NCBI GenBank assembly: GCA_903904815.1
Contig: CAIVDU010000031.1
Span: forward strand, 132,266 to 196,265
Origin: an uncultured Armatimonadetes bacterium
Lineage (GTDB): Bacteria; Armatimonadota; Fimbriimonadia; Fimbriimonadales; Fimbriimonadaceae
Length of the DNA: 64,000 bases
Direction of reading: 5' to 3'
Part shown: positions 45,116 through 53,435 of the stretch, piece by piece
How positions within the stretch are numbered: position 1 is the stretch's first letter
Layout of the letters: each line of letters begins with the position of its first letter
Notes under the pieces: model-generated
The model's input: the letters and a program-made list of their open reading frames with translations, nothing else
The model's database searches: none
What the model was told of the DNA's origin: nothing
Program-made: the position numbers and the translations under genes

Positions 45116-45955
45116 CTACTTCGCTGAAGCCGTCGGGTCTTCATTCGCGAGAAGGCGGTGAGCACGCGTTGTTTCTGCAGACCGATGCTGTCCAAGGGCT
45201 CGTAACAGTCGTTTTTGGCCCGCTTCGTCGCGGATTTTGCTCGCAACCTGCTGAAGATTTAGTTCGGCCGCGAGACCTCGATGGTGGATAAGAGAAAGGA
45301 AGCTGCTTCCGCTCCAGACGGCCTTCTCCAATTCTCCCTCTCGGGTAAGGAAAGCCACCAAATGCTGGTCTCCGTCAACCACGACCTGCAATTCCTGCCA
45401 GGGCGCCTCCACCATAGATTCACGGGCAACTGATTCCACTCCAGGAAGTTCGTCTTCACTGTCGGAGCGAATCACAATGTCCACGCCTCGGGCCGCCGCC
45501 TCCAAGACCTCCGCTCTTACTTCCTTCAGAACGGGTGCCGGAACTGACGCCAGAACGATCTCTTTGGAATCGACGATCATCTGGCGCAAACGTTGAGTCA
45601 GCCCCTCTAGGGATCGGATTTGGTACACCCGATCATCGGCCTTCGGCTGACCAAGTTCTTTGAGCGCTCGCGAAGCGAGGTCACGGTGCGTTTGAAATTC
45701 CCGGCTGATTCGCCCCAAGAGTTCGTCTACAGGGACGGCACGACACTGCCTGCTCACGCCGTCCTCTACTACGACGGCGCCTTTTCTTTCAAGAGTTTGA
45801 ATCGCCTTGTAAGTGTTGGCCGCCGGCTTGCCGATGGCTTGAGCGATTCGGTATCCGGTTGCAGGAGACTCGCCTACTAAAAACGCATAGATTTCTGCTT
45901 CAAGATTGGTGAAACCCAGTTGCGCGAGGGAGTGGACCGGATCGGTGGAAGACAT
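45116..45955 (-). CDS. TrmB-family transcriptional regulator
   Basis: The N-terminal wHTH is LGFTNLEAEIYAFLVGESPATGYRIAQAIGKPAANTYKAIQTLERKGAV. A TrmB-type C-terminal domain follows. Confidence 0.75.
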   Translation of the reverse strand: MSSTDPVHSLAQLGFTNLEAEIYAFLVGESPATGYRIAQAIGKPAANTYKAIQTLERKGAVVVEDGVSRQCRAVPVDELLGRISREFQTHRDLASRALKELGQPKADDRVYQIRSLEGLTQRLRQMIVDSKEIVLASVPAPVLKEVRAEVLEAAARGVDIVIRSDSEDELPGVESVARESMVEAPWQELQVVVDGDQHLVAFLTREGELEKAVWSGSSFLSLIHHRGLAAELNLQQVASKIRDEAGQKRLLRALGQHRSAETTRAHRLLANEDPTASAK

Positions 45956-45979
45956 GACGGACTTATTGTAACGTGATCC

Positions 45980-46330
45980 TTACTTTCGGTAAGTCTCTCG
46001 CGCCATCTCTCGCAATTCCAGCGTAACCCCGACCTCATTTGCTTCCAAGCTTCCGGCAAATTGCAGCTTAAGGGTCTCAAACATCGCGTCTGCCATTTGG
46101 ACTCTCAGTTCTTCCGACCTTCCGGCAAGGATCATCACGGTGCAGTGAGCAATTCCGTCGGCATGACCTTCTCCAACCTTCCAAACGCTTCGTAGAGAGT
46201 GGTAGGCCTTCACCGACGAGGATGAGACCGACTCCAGGCTACTTAGCCGCGTCACGAGGGCCTCGAGGATGTCCGGAACGTCGGCGTTCTCCGGCAGGTC
46301 CGAAGTCGTCTCAAGATGGATGTGTGGCAT
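45980..46330 (-). CDS. 5-carboxymethyl-2-hydroxymuconate isomerase (CHMI)-family tautomerase
   Basis: The N-terminus MPHIHLETTSDLPE is typical of the family (an MPH start with the Pro-1 catalytic position of tautomerase-like proteins). The 116-aa length fits. Confidence 0.6.
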   Translation of the reverse strand: MPHIHLETTSDLPENADVPDILEALVTRLSSLESVSSSSVKAYHSLRSVWKVGEGHADGIAHCTVMILAGRSEELRVQMADAMFETLKLQFAGSLEANEVGVTLELREMARETYRK

Positions 46331-46428
46331 GGTTCTATTTTTGGTGACTTAACGAAAGAAAGGAAGACACCGAAAAGTAATTCGTGTTATTCGCGTCATT
46401 ATGCTCCTAGGTAGGATCGATCGGACGC

Positions 46429-46965
46429 ATGACGGACAACTCTTTCGCGGTGTTTTGGGTCACCGGGCCACCGGCTTCCGGCAAGTCCACGCTTTGCGCG
46501 GCCCTCTCCCAGAAGTTAGACAGAGCGGTGCATATCCCAGTGGACGATGTTCGAACATGGGTGGTAAGCGGACTCGCCGAGTCCGTTCCTTGGACGGACG
46601 AGACTGAACGGCAGTTCCAACTCGCGGAGTCGGCCGTCTGCGAGACCGCTCGGTGCTACTTCGAAGGCGGATTTCACGTGCTGATTGATCATTGTCGGAA
46701 TCTTCCGAGAGTCGAGCACCTCATTCAAGAGCGTCTGGCGAACATGCCGGTGATTCGCATATGCCTGATGCCCGACCTGCAAACGAACCTCCACCGGAGC
46801 CACACGCGAACGAACAAGAGTTTCGATCCCCACATGCTCGACGAAACCATCGTCTGGACGAACACTCACTACCGTGAAGACACGCGCCCTGGCTGGCTGG
46901 TCATCGACAATTCCAGGCTCAGTGTTGACGAAACGGTGAGCATCATCTTGGAAACGTTAAATTAG
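46429..46965 (+). CDS. P-loop kinase-like protein (AAA_33 / chloramphenicol-phosphotransferase-like)
   Basis: The N-terminal Walker A motif is FWVTGPPASGKSTL. The 178-aa size matches small nucleotide/antibiotic kinase-like proteins. Confidence 0.55.
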   Translation: MTDNSFAVFWVTGPPASGKSTLCAALSQKLDRAVHIPVDDVRTWVVSGLAESVPWTDETERQFQLAESAVCETARCYFEGGFHVLIDHCRNLPRVEHLIQERLANMPVIRICLMPDLQTNLHRSHTRTNKSFDPHMLDETIVWTNTHYREDTRPGWLVIDNSRLSVDETVSIILETLN

Positions 46966-47030
46966 ACTCGGGAACCTGAAATGTCTGGAGGTGCTGATGA
47001 GCGGACGGGCTCACGACGTAGATCGCAGTC

Positions 47031-47483
47031 GTGCGAGTCTATGTACTGCAAGAGGAAACGGTCATCCCGCGGCCGGTCGAAGAAGTGTTTGAATTCTTTA
47101 GCCGTGCCGAGAATCTGGAGCGGCTGACTCCCTCGACTTTGAGCTTTCGGATCTTGACCCCACTTCCCATCGAGATGCGCCAAGGCGCCTTGATCGACTA
47201 CCAACTTCGACTGGGTGGATTTCCGTTCCGGTGGAAGACGGAAATCACGATTTGGGAACCGCCGCATCGGTTCGCCGACAATCAATTGAAGGGGCCCTAC
47301 CGGCTATGGCTTCATGAGCATCGCTTCAGCGCCCATCCCGAAGGCACTTTGATGAGCGACACCGTGAGATATGCGGTGCCCGGATGGATCTTTGCCCCTC
47401 TCGTCCACGCGCTTTTCGTCGGACCGAGAGTGCGAGCCATTTTTGCGTTCCGCAAGGAAACGATGAAGGCCATCTATGGCTGA
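47031..47483 (+). CDS. SRPBCC-superfamily (cyclase/dehydrase-like) protein
   Basis: The 150-aa product carries VIPRPVEEVFEFFSRAENLERLTP...WKTEITIWEPPHRFADNQLKGPYRLWLHEHRF, which resembles SRPBCC ligand-binding proteins. Confidence 0.55.
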   Translation: MRVYVLQEETVIPRPVEEVFEFFSRAENLERLTPSTLSFRILTPLPIEMRQGALIDYQLRLGGFPFRWKTEITIWEPPHRFADNQLKGPYRLWLHEHRFSAHPEGTLMSDTVRYAVPGWIFAPLVHALFVGPRVRAIFAFRKETMKAIYG

Positions 47484-47580
47484 GAGGAGGTTTGCCGTTT
47501 GAAATTGGCGGTGGAAGCTAATTAAAGGGACGCATGCTTCATCACTGGTTGTGAGCGCTCCGCTCGTGATTGCTGACACG

Positions 47581-47611
47581 AAAAAGCCCTCTGGCGATGA
47601 ATCGCCAGAGG
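47581..47611 (-). terminator. Rho-independent terminator of the downstream cytochrome c gene
   Basis: A perfect 10-bp stem (cctctggcga / tcgccagagg) closes a 4-nt loop. On the minus strand it is followed by a U-run (aaaaa at 47581-47585 on the plus strand). Confidence 0.75.
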
Positions 47612-47632
47612 ACTCCGTCAGAGTTCAGAGAA

Positions 47633-48022
47633 CTACTTCTTTGCTCCAGCCTTGATCCAAGCCTCGATAGTCTTGACGTCTTTTGCGTCAAGCTGTGGAC
47701 CGCGTGGAGGCATTTGGCGATATCCAGTTGCGCCGCTAATGGCGAGATACAGAGGGCTCTTCTTGAGATCCTTGGCGACGACGATTGGGCCATTCTCGCC
47801 ACCCTTCGTGACGGTCTCATAGCTCGTCAGTTCGATTCCGCCGCGAGGTCGACCCGCGCCGTGGCATCGGACGCAGCTGACCGTGAGGATCTTCTGAACG
47901 TCTTCGTACTTGACCTTAGCCTTCGTCGCTCCAGCGCCTGCATGAGGCCCCTTCGCAACTGCGACCTGGAATCCAACGCCGAGAATGGCGACTCCCGCCA
48001 ACGCAATCCATAAATTTTTCAT
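47633..48022 (-). CDS. Secreted monohaem c-type cytochrome, standalone PSCyt1-like domain, copy B
   Basis: The signal peptide is MKNLWIALAGVAILGVGFQVAVA and the haem motif is CVRCH. It is followed by GGIELTSYETVTKGGENGPIVVAKDLKKSPLYLAISG...MPPRGPQLDAKDVKTIEAWIKAGAKK. Confidence 0.75.
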   Translation of the reverse strand: MKNLWIALAGVAILGVGFQVAVAKGPHAGAGATKAKVKYEDVQKILTVSCVRCHGAGRPRGGIELTSYETVTKGGENGPIVVAKDLKKSPLYLAISGATGYRQMPPRGPQLDAKDVKTIEAWIKAGAKK

Positions 48023-48134
48023 AGTTCTCAATGTAGCTCCCTGCCTCAGGCGCAGCAACGCATGCTAGCAAGTCGACGTACCAGACGTGCAAGGGTTCAC
48101 TAGGATATCAAAAAATCCTGAAACCTTAAAGCTT

Positions 48135-48527
48135 TTATTTCTTTGCGCCTGACTTGATCCACGCTTCGATCGCCTTAATTTCCTTGTCGGCGAGTTTGGG
48201 GCCGCGCGGCGGCATAGGTCCGTAACCTTGAGTGGCGGTGATGGCAAGGTACAGAGGGCTCTTTGTCGGGTCACCTTTGACGATCACCGGACCATCGCTT
48301 CCGCCCTTGATCACCGATTCGTATTTGGCCAAATTAATCCCATTTGCCGCTCGAGCATCGCCGTGGCATTTGATGCAGGTCTTGTCAAACGACTTTTGGA
48401 TGTCGACGTATTTGGGAACCGTATCAGGAGTGGGGTTGGAAGGCGTTTGTTGGGCAAAGGCGGACGCAATCGGCAATCCAACCGCAACGATGGCTGAAAG
48501 AGTGAGGAGGAGGGACGTGTTCTTCAT
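48135..48527 (-). CDS. Secreted monohaem c-type cytochrome, standalone PSCyt1-like domain, copy A
   Basis: The signal peptide is MKNTSLLLTLSAIVAVGLPIASAFA and the haem motif is CIKCH. It is followed by NGINLAKYESVIKGGSDGPVIVKGDPTKSPLYLAIT...MPPRGPKLADKEIKAIEAWIKSGAKK. The RBS GGGAG precedes the ATG at 48527. Confidence 0.75.
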   Translation of the reverse strand: MKNTSLLLTLSAIVAVGLPIASAFAQQTPSNPTPDTVPKYVDIQKSFDKTCIKCHGDARAANGINLAKYESVIKGGSDGPVIVKGDPTKSPLYLAITATQGYGPMPPRGPKLADKEIKAIEAWIKSGAKK

Positions 48528-48810
48528 GGCTGACTCCCTGAGATACGTCTGTCGCACTCTGTCTGCTCCCGGTCTCAGAAAAATAGTCTCAGTTGTGAAG
48601 ATCTGGTTGTGAACTAGAAAGCGGGTTGGCGGTCCGGAGGGGGTTGGATTCTTGGTTTGTCCAACCAACTAACCTACTTTAGGCTCGTTGGCCTCGTTCC
48701 GCGAGCTTGTGATTCTGCTGACCTCACCCGTAAGCACCCGTCATGTTGAGCCTGTCCCCGGATCTCGCAGAAAGGAAATGAGAGGAGCGAATGGGGACGA
48801 TAGGCCCTCT

Positions 48811-49413
48811 TCATCCAGCCCAGCCGCGGAACTTGCCCCCGGTTTGCTCACGATCGTCTCTCAGGACGGTCCTTACGACCGCCCTGGGGTGAGTTAGTGG
48901 GACTCGGACGTTGAAGCAGGCGGCTGGCGTCGAGAGGCTCGAAGCCGCTACTTCCAGGACTTCCAGCCGGGTCAGCCACACGTCAAGGCGGCTCTCTCCT
49001 TGGCGAACGAGAGCTCGAAGCATATCGAACGCCTCTCTCCGATAAAGGGCACAAAGGGGCTGGGGAACGCCTTGGACGGTTGGGACGATTGCCGCCCTAT
49101 TTCCGATACGGTTCTGGAGGTCGGTCACGATATCGGACCGAAACGCGACCAGGTTGCACGAAGCCACAAAAACGAACTCTTCGCGCGGGAAGAACTCGGC
49201 TAAGGCGGCCATTGGACCCCGCCCACTCTCTTGGTCGGCCAGGAAATCGAATGACGGCAGGGGGGTGTCACCCATGATCGTGACCCTTGAGGAAACGGTG
49301 GTTAGCGAACTGGCGATTCGCTGGGCGAGGGCAAGGCCTTTGATTCCAAGCGCTTCACCGACGCCACCACGTCGAGACTGTCCCCCAGCCAGCACGACCG
49401 ATTCCAGGCTCAT
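48811..49413 (-). CDS. MobA-like protein with degenerate active-site motifs
   Basis: The product is collinear with the mobA at 51244-51783 (EFVFVASCNLVAF and QPLCALYR). However, LAGGQSRRGGVGEALG replaces LAGGxxRRMGxDK, and SCN replaces SCD. Confidence 0.6.
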   Translation of the reverse strand: MSLESVVLAGGQSRRGGVGEALGIKGLALAQRIASSLTTVSSRVTIMGDTPLPSFDFLADQESGRGPMAALAEFFPREEFVFVASCNLVAFRSDIVTDLQNRIGNRAAIVPTVQGVPQPLCALYRREAFDMLRALVRQGESRLDVWLTRLEVLEVAASSLSTPAACFNVRVPLTHPRAVVRTVLRDDREQTGGKFRGWAG

Positions 49414-49457
49414 GGCCTCACCTTCGGGTTTGATGGGAAACAGCGATCGATCATGAA

Positions 49458-50159
49458 TTAGCTCGCAATCTGGAATCCGTAGCCGAGACCCCTTCGAGTC
49501 TCAAGAAGTGACGATGCGTGGGGAGGAAGCTTCGATCGCAGCCGACAGATATGGATGTCCACCGTACGGTCACCGCCAGCGAATTCGATTCCCCAAACCA
49601 GTGACAGCAAGCGGTCACGGTCGAAGAACTTGCCCCGGTGAGTGCAAAGAAATCGGAGAAGCTCGAACTCGCGCCGGGTGAGCACCATCTCTCCTCCGTT
49701 GATGTCGAACGCCTTGCCGCCCGAGAGATCCAGGGTGAGGTCGGCAAATGTCAGCAGTTCGTTGTCTCGCGCTTGTCGAATGCGGAACAGTTGAAGGGCG
49801 GCACGTACGACCAGTTCTCCAGGATCGTAGGGAGGCAGTAGGAAGTCCTCCACAAAGGCTGGCAATTCAGGAAGACTCAGGTGATAGGGAATCAGCAACG
49901 CCAAGCAGGGAAGCCGGGTCTCGGCGCCCCAAATATCACGAAGTACCCATTGGACGTGACGTAACGGGAGGAAGTCGCTCGCCGTCGTAAGGTCGGCAAC
50001 GATGAGGTCGGCTGGCCGGCCCTGGAAGGCTAGGCGAATGGAATCCGCGAGATCGTAGCTGTCGTCCTCAAATGAGGTTGCGACCACGGTGTGACCCGCT
50101 CCACGAAGGGCTTCAGATAGACCTCGCTGGGAAGACTCAAGGACAAGAACTCTGGGCAT
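49458..50159 (-). CDS. Atypical OmpR-family response regulator (degenerate receiver domain)
   Basis: The C-terminal winged helix is clear (LTRREFELLRFLCTHRGKFFDRDRLLSLVWG...DRTVDIHICRLRSKL...RGLGYGF). The receiver lacks the acidic pair (VLVLESS) and the conserved Lys (LLPPY in place of KPF). Confidence 0.7.
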   Translation of the reverse strand: MPRVLVLESSQRGLSEALRGAGHTVVATSFEDDSYDLADSIRLAFQGRPADLIVADLTTASDFLPLRHVQWVLRDIWGAETRLPCLALLIPYHLSLPELPAFVEDFLLPPYDPGELVVRAALQLFRIRQARDNELLTFADLTLDLSGGKAFDINGGEMVLTRREFELLRFLCTHRGKFFDRDRLLSLVWGIEFAGGDRTVDIHICRLRSKLPPHASSLLETRRGLGYGFQIAS

Positions 50160-50374
50160 TGACGGGCGCTCGAAGACCGAAACAAAAGCGCCGCGTCGGT
50201 GCGGGGTTCAGGTCGGCGACAATGCCGGTCTGAACGAGAAATCAAATTTTATGATCCTCATCGGGATCTATCTCAAAGGGTGAGTTCCGAAGAACTGCTC
50301 CCATTGTCCTTCACTTCGCGACAAAAGTTAACAGATCTTTGCTAATTTGCCCGCTCTGTGCGCGAGAACCTGCT

Positions 50375-50386
50375 TCTATCGATAGA
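50375..50386. promoter_or_regulatory. Perfect 12-bp palindrome upstream of the membrane-protein gene
   Basis: tctatcgataga is self-complementary and lies about 45-55 nt upstream of the start at 50430, in the divergent region shared with the atypical regulator gene. Confidence 0.2.
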
Positions 50387-50429
50387 TCGACCTTGATGTT
50401 TCTCTCCGTTTCGGGGAATCGGGGCCAGT

Positions 50430-51251
50430 ATGGTTTTGGGGTTGACACGATCGTGCAAGATTCTGAGCATGGCTGCGGCACCGTTTTGGGGCGACCTCAT
50501 TCTTAGCCGAAAGCTTATCGCCGAGATTTCACTGTGCGGAATGGCGCTCGATATTCTGGGAGGCTGTTATCTCGCGTACGATCTGCTCGGTGGTCAAAGT
50601 GGACCCCTCCGAACCTTTGCCAGAGCCGTAGGTTACATTGCCTTATTCCTGGTCGGATACGAGGTGGTCTTGGGGCTCCAGTACGCGCTGGTGGCCTCGA
50701 CGGGAATGGGGGCGCTTCTTGCCGTGGAGTATCGAACGGCAGGCTCGCTTAACGGGCGCATTACCGCGCCGCGAAATCGCACCCTGCTGTTTGGGTTTCT
50801 GCGAGGAATCGTTTTGGGTTTCGCGGGCTTGACCCTGGCCGGCTGGCCGTTTGCCGTCTGTTTTGGCCTGCTTTCCGGGCTCGCATTGAGCACCGTTTAC
50901 TACTTGGGATTTACCCCCATTCGAGATTACGAAGCTCAGGCCAAGCCTCGGATATCCAAGCAGAGAATGGTCGCGTCTCTGATGCGTGCGATCGCGGTCG
51001 GAATTGCAGGCATCCTGTCCGGGCTCATCTGCTCGGTAGGGGCAAATCCTATCGGATTTGGGCTCAGATTGGGACTTGCGGCGGGAGCGGTTAGCGGCAT
51101 CGTCGGACTCTTCAGCCCAGCGATCGAGTGGTGGATCGAGCACCTGCCGGAGCGGCGAATGGGCGCCATCGGCCTTGCCCTGATCGTGTTTGGAATGGTG
51201 CTGCAGAGCGTCCAATATTGGGTGGTGGTGTTCGAGGTTGCGGTCAAATAG
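50430..51251 (+). CDS. Polytopic membrane protein, unknown function
   Basis: The 273-aa product has about 7-8 hydrophobic Gly/Ala-rich helices. No family was recognised. Its 3' end overlaps convergent mobA by 8 nt. Confidence 0.55.
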   Translation: MVLGLTRSCKILSMAAAPFWGDLILSRKLIAEISLCGMALDILGGCYLAYDLLGGQSGPLRTFARAVGYIALFLVGYEVVLGLQYALVASTGMGALLAVEYRTAGSLNGRITAPRNRTLLFGFLRGIVLGFAGLTLAGWPFAVCFGLLSGLALSTVYYLGFTPIRDYEAQAKPRISKQRMVASLMRAIAVGIAGILSGLICSVGANPIGFGLRLGLAAGAVSGIVGLFSPAIEWWIEHLPERRMGAIGLALIVFGMVLQSVQYWVVVFEVAVK

Positions 51252-51783
51252 ATTCCAAATCGGACCGAGTGTTGACGTTCGCGCATGCTGCCCCGTGAGG
51301 TAACTGTCGCGAGTCGATGCGCAACGTATCGATGGCGTCAACCCAAGCCATCATTCGTGATTGCCCAGCCCTCTCAATATCGGCGAGATGATCGAATGCC
51401 GACGCGCGGTAGAGCGCGCAGAGTGGCTGCTCGCGTTCGTCGAGGACGGGGATTGCCGCTTGATGCGGCCCGATGACACTTCTCAGCTCATCTACGAGTT
51501 CTGCCTCGAACCGAACGAGGTCGCAAGACGCAAGAAAGACGAATTCGGCAGAGATCCGGAACCGCGAGAGCGCCTTCAGCGGACCGGCATACTCCTGCGC
51601 GTCCTCCAAGAAATCGTATCCGGGCAGCGGGACTCTCCCGAGCACGGTCAATCTCTCAACTCGGGTCGATAGCCTGTTCGCAATTCGGAGTCCAAGGGGC
51701 TCGCCATCGACAATAAGCGACGCCTTGTCGGTCCCCATTCGTCGACTCGCACCTCCGGTTAGGAGCACTGCTTCGATGATCAT
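51244..51783 (-). CDS. mobA: Molybdenum cofactor guanylyltransferase MobA
   Basis: AVLLTGGASRRMGTDKASL is the canonical nucleotide-binding motif. AGPLKAL, LASCDLVRF and QPLCALYR are also present. Confidence 0.8.
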   Translation of the reverse strand: MIIEAVLLTGGASRRMGTDKASLIVDGEPLGLRIANRLSTRVERLTVLGRVPLPGYDFLEDAQEYAGPLKALSRFRISAEFVFLASCDLVRFEAELVDELRSVIGPHQAAIPVLDEREQPLCALYRASAFDHLADIERAGQSRMMAWVDAIDTLRIDSRQLPHGAACANVNTRSDLESI

Positions 51784-51818
51784 CGTGCGGCTCCGATTAT
51801 GTCGAATACACTGGTGTC

Positions 51819-52139
51819 ATGAGTAAGCCTCCGAAGAGATTCAATCGGTTCATGAAGACCTATCCGGCGGTGGCCGATGCCTATCATGCCATGTCCACAG
51901 CGGTTGCCGAAGCCGGCCCGCTCGACGCCAAGACGCGCGAACTGATCAAGATCGGCATTGCCATCGGATCGGCCCAAGAAGGGGCGACCCATAGTCATGT
52001 TCGAAAGGCGCTGGATGCGGGAGCTACCCCGGAAGAACTGAAGCACGCAGCGCTTCAGGGTCTCACCACGATCGGCTTCCCTAACATGATGCGAGGTCTT
52101 GCTTGGGTCGAAGACGTCTTGGAAGAAGAGTCTAAGTAG
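51819..52139 (+). CDS. Carboxymuconolactone decarboxylase (AhpD-like) family protein
   Basis: KTRELIKIGIAIGSAQEGATHSHVRKALDAGATPEELKHA is a typical CMD-domain helix pair. The product is 106 aa. Confidence 0.75.
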   Translation: MSKPPKRFNRFMKTYPAVADAYHAMSTAVAEAGPLDAKTRELIKIGIAIGSAQEGATHSHVRKALDAGATPEELKHAALQGLTTIGFPNMMRGLAWVEDVLEEESK

Positions 52140-52145
52140 AGCCCC

Positions 52146-53405
52146 TCACAGGGGGTAAACCTTTACAGTTACCCCTCGCTCTAACCGCTCGGCATCGGGT
52201 GGTAGTTCCATAAGGCAATCTGCGGTCGCCATTCCAGTGAGGAAGTTCGAACCCTGTTTTGGCCGGGCATCGGCCCAGAGACCGTCCACTTCTGATCGGA
52301 GGTTGGCTTGAACGAATTCGGTCCTTCCCGGCCGCTTTTTCTGTCCATTGGCTAGCTTCGCGAGAACGGTGTGGTTTGTGGGGGCGCCTGCTCCGGCTAA
52401 CTTTCGAATGGCCGGTCGAACAAAGAGGTGGAACGCGATCATCGCGGCGGCTGGATTCCCGGGCAGGCCAAACACTAAACGTTCTCCCTGCATCCCAAAG
52501 TACACGCCCTTTCCGGGCTTCATGGACAAACCGAAGAAGACCTCGCGGACACCCTGCTCGGAAAATGCTTGCCGAACATAGTCGGCGTCGCCGAGGGCGA
52601 CGCCGCCCGATGCCACCACGATATCTGAATTCTCGATCGCCAAGCCGACGAGCCGACCGATTTCAAGGGGATCGTCTCGCACAACATCCCGCGTCGTATC
52701 TGCCCCTGCCGATAGAGCCGCCGCTCCGAAAGCCCATGAATTTGAGTCGAGAATCTGTCCGGGCAAGGGGACTTGTCCGACCGAAATGAGTTCACTGCCG
52801 GTCGCGATCACCGCTACTCTGGGTCGGCGGTGGACAGTGAGTCGCGACAGACCATTTGATGCCGCCAATCCGATGATTCCCGAATTCACTTCAATTCCTG
52901 CCGAAATCAGGGTCTGACCGGCGAAATACTCCTCACCGCGGCGGCGGACATTTTGTCCTAATGTTGCTCGTTGGGCGATTGAAACGGTGTTCGCTTCCCA
53001 CTCGCACTCCTCCTGCATGACAACGGCGTCGAACCCGGGCGGAAGAGGCGCTCCGGTCAGAACTCTCACCGTCGTTCGTTCATTTAAGAAGACATCCGAC
53101 GGCAGGTCCCCGGCCAGGACGCGGTGTCCCAATAGGAAGTCGCCGGGCGAGTCCTCGCACCGGATGGCAAAACCGTCCACCGCCGAGTGATCGAACGCCG
53201 GGTAGTCGAATTGGGAGATGATGGGCACAGCGAGATACCGACCGAGCGACTCGAGCAGAGTCTGCTCGTAAGATTTCGCCGGTTGGGAGTTCTCAAGAAC
53301 CAATCTCAGGGCCTCATCGGGCTGCATCATAGCTTGTGCCAAGCCAGAAACGACCTGTTCCCTGAGTATGGCGACAACCGAGGCAGTAGCTCTCAAGTTC
53401 TGCAC
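52146..53405 (-). CDS. moeA: Molybdopterin molybdenumtransferase MoeA
   Basis: The 419-aa product has an N-terminal MoeA domain (FDHSAVDGFAI), a MoCF_biosynth domain (VAVIATGSEL, VVASGGVALGDADYV), PGNPAAAMIAFHLFVRP and a C-terminal beta domain. Confidence 0.9.
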   Translation of the reverse strand: MQNLRATASVVAILREQVVSGLAQAMMQPDEALRLVLENSQPAKSYEQTLLESLGRYLAVPIISQFDYPAFDHSAVDGFAIRCEDSPGDFLLGHRVLAGDLPSDVFLNERTTVRVLTGAPLPPGFDAVVMQEECEWEANTVSIAQRATLGQNVRRRGEEYFAGQTLISAGIEVNSGIIGLAASNGLSRLTVHRRPRVAVIATGSELISVGQVPLPGQILDSNSWAFGAAALSAGADTTRDVVRDDPLEIGRLVGLAIENSDIVVASGGVALGDADYVRQAFSEQGVREVFFGLSMKPGKGVYFGMQGERLVFGLPGNPAAAMIAFHLFVRPAIRKLAGAGAPTNHTVLAKLANGQKKRPGRTEFVQANLRSEVDGLWADARPKQGSNFLTGMATADCLMELPPDAERLERGVTVKVYPL

Positions 53406-53435
53406 CCGGGTGAGGTGGAGCGCGACCTCAGACGT

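Noticed and set aside
48642-48666. A hairpin (ggttgga-N11-tccaacc) between the mobA-like gene and the cytochrome gene, considered as a terminator.
   Set aside because: The stem is only 7 bp and no U-tract follows on the minus strand, which is the transcribed direction. That is insufficient evidence for a terminator or regulatory element.
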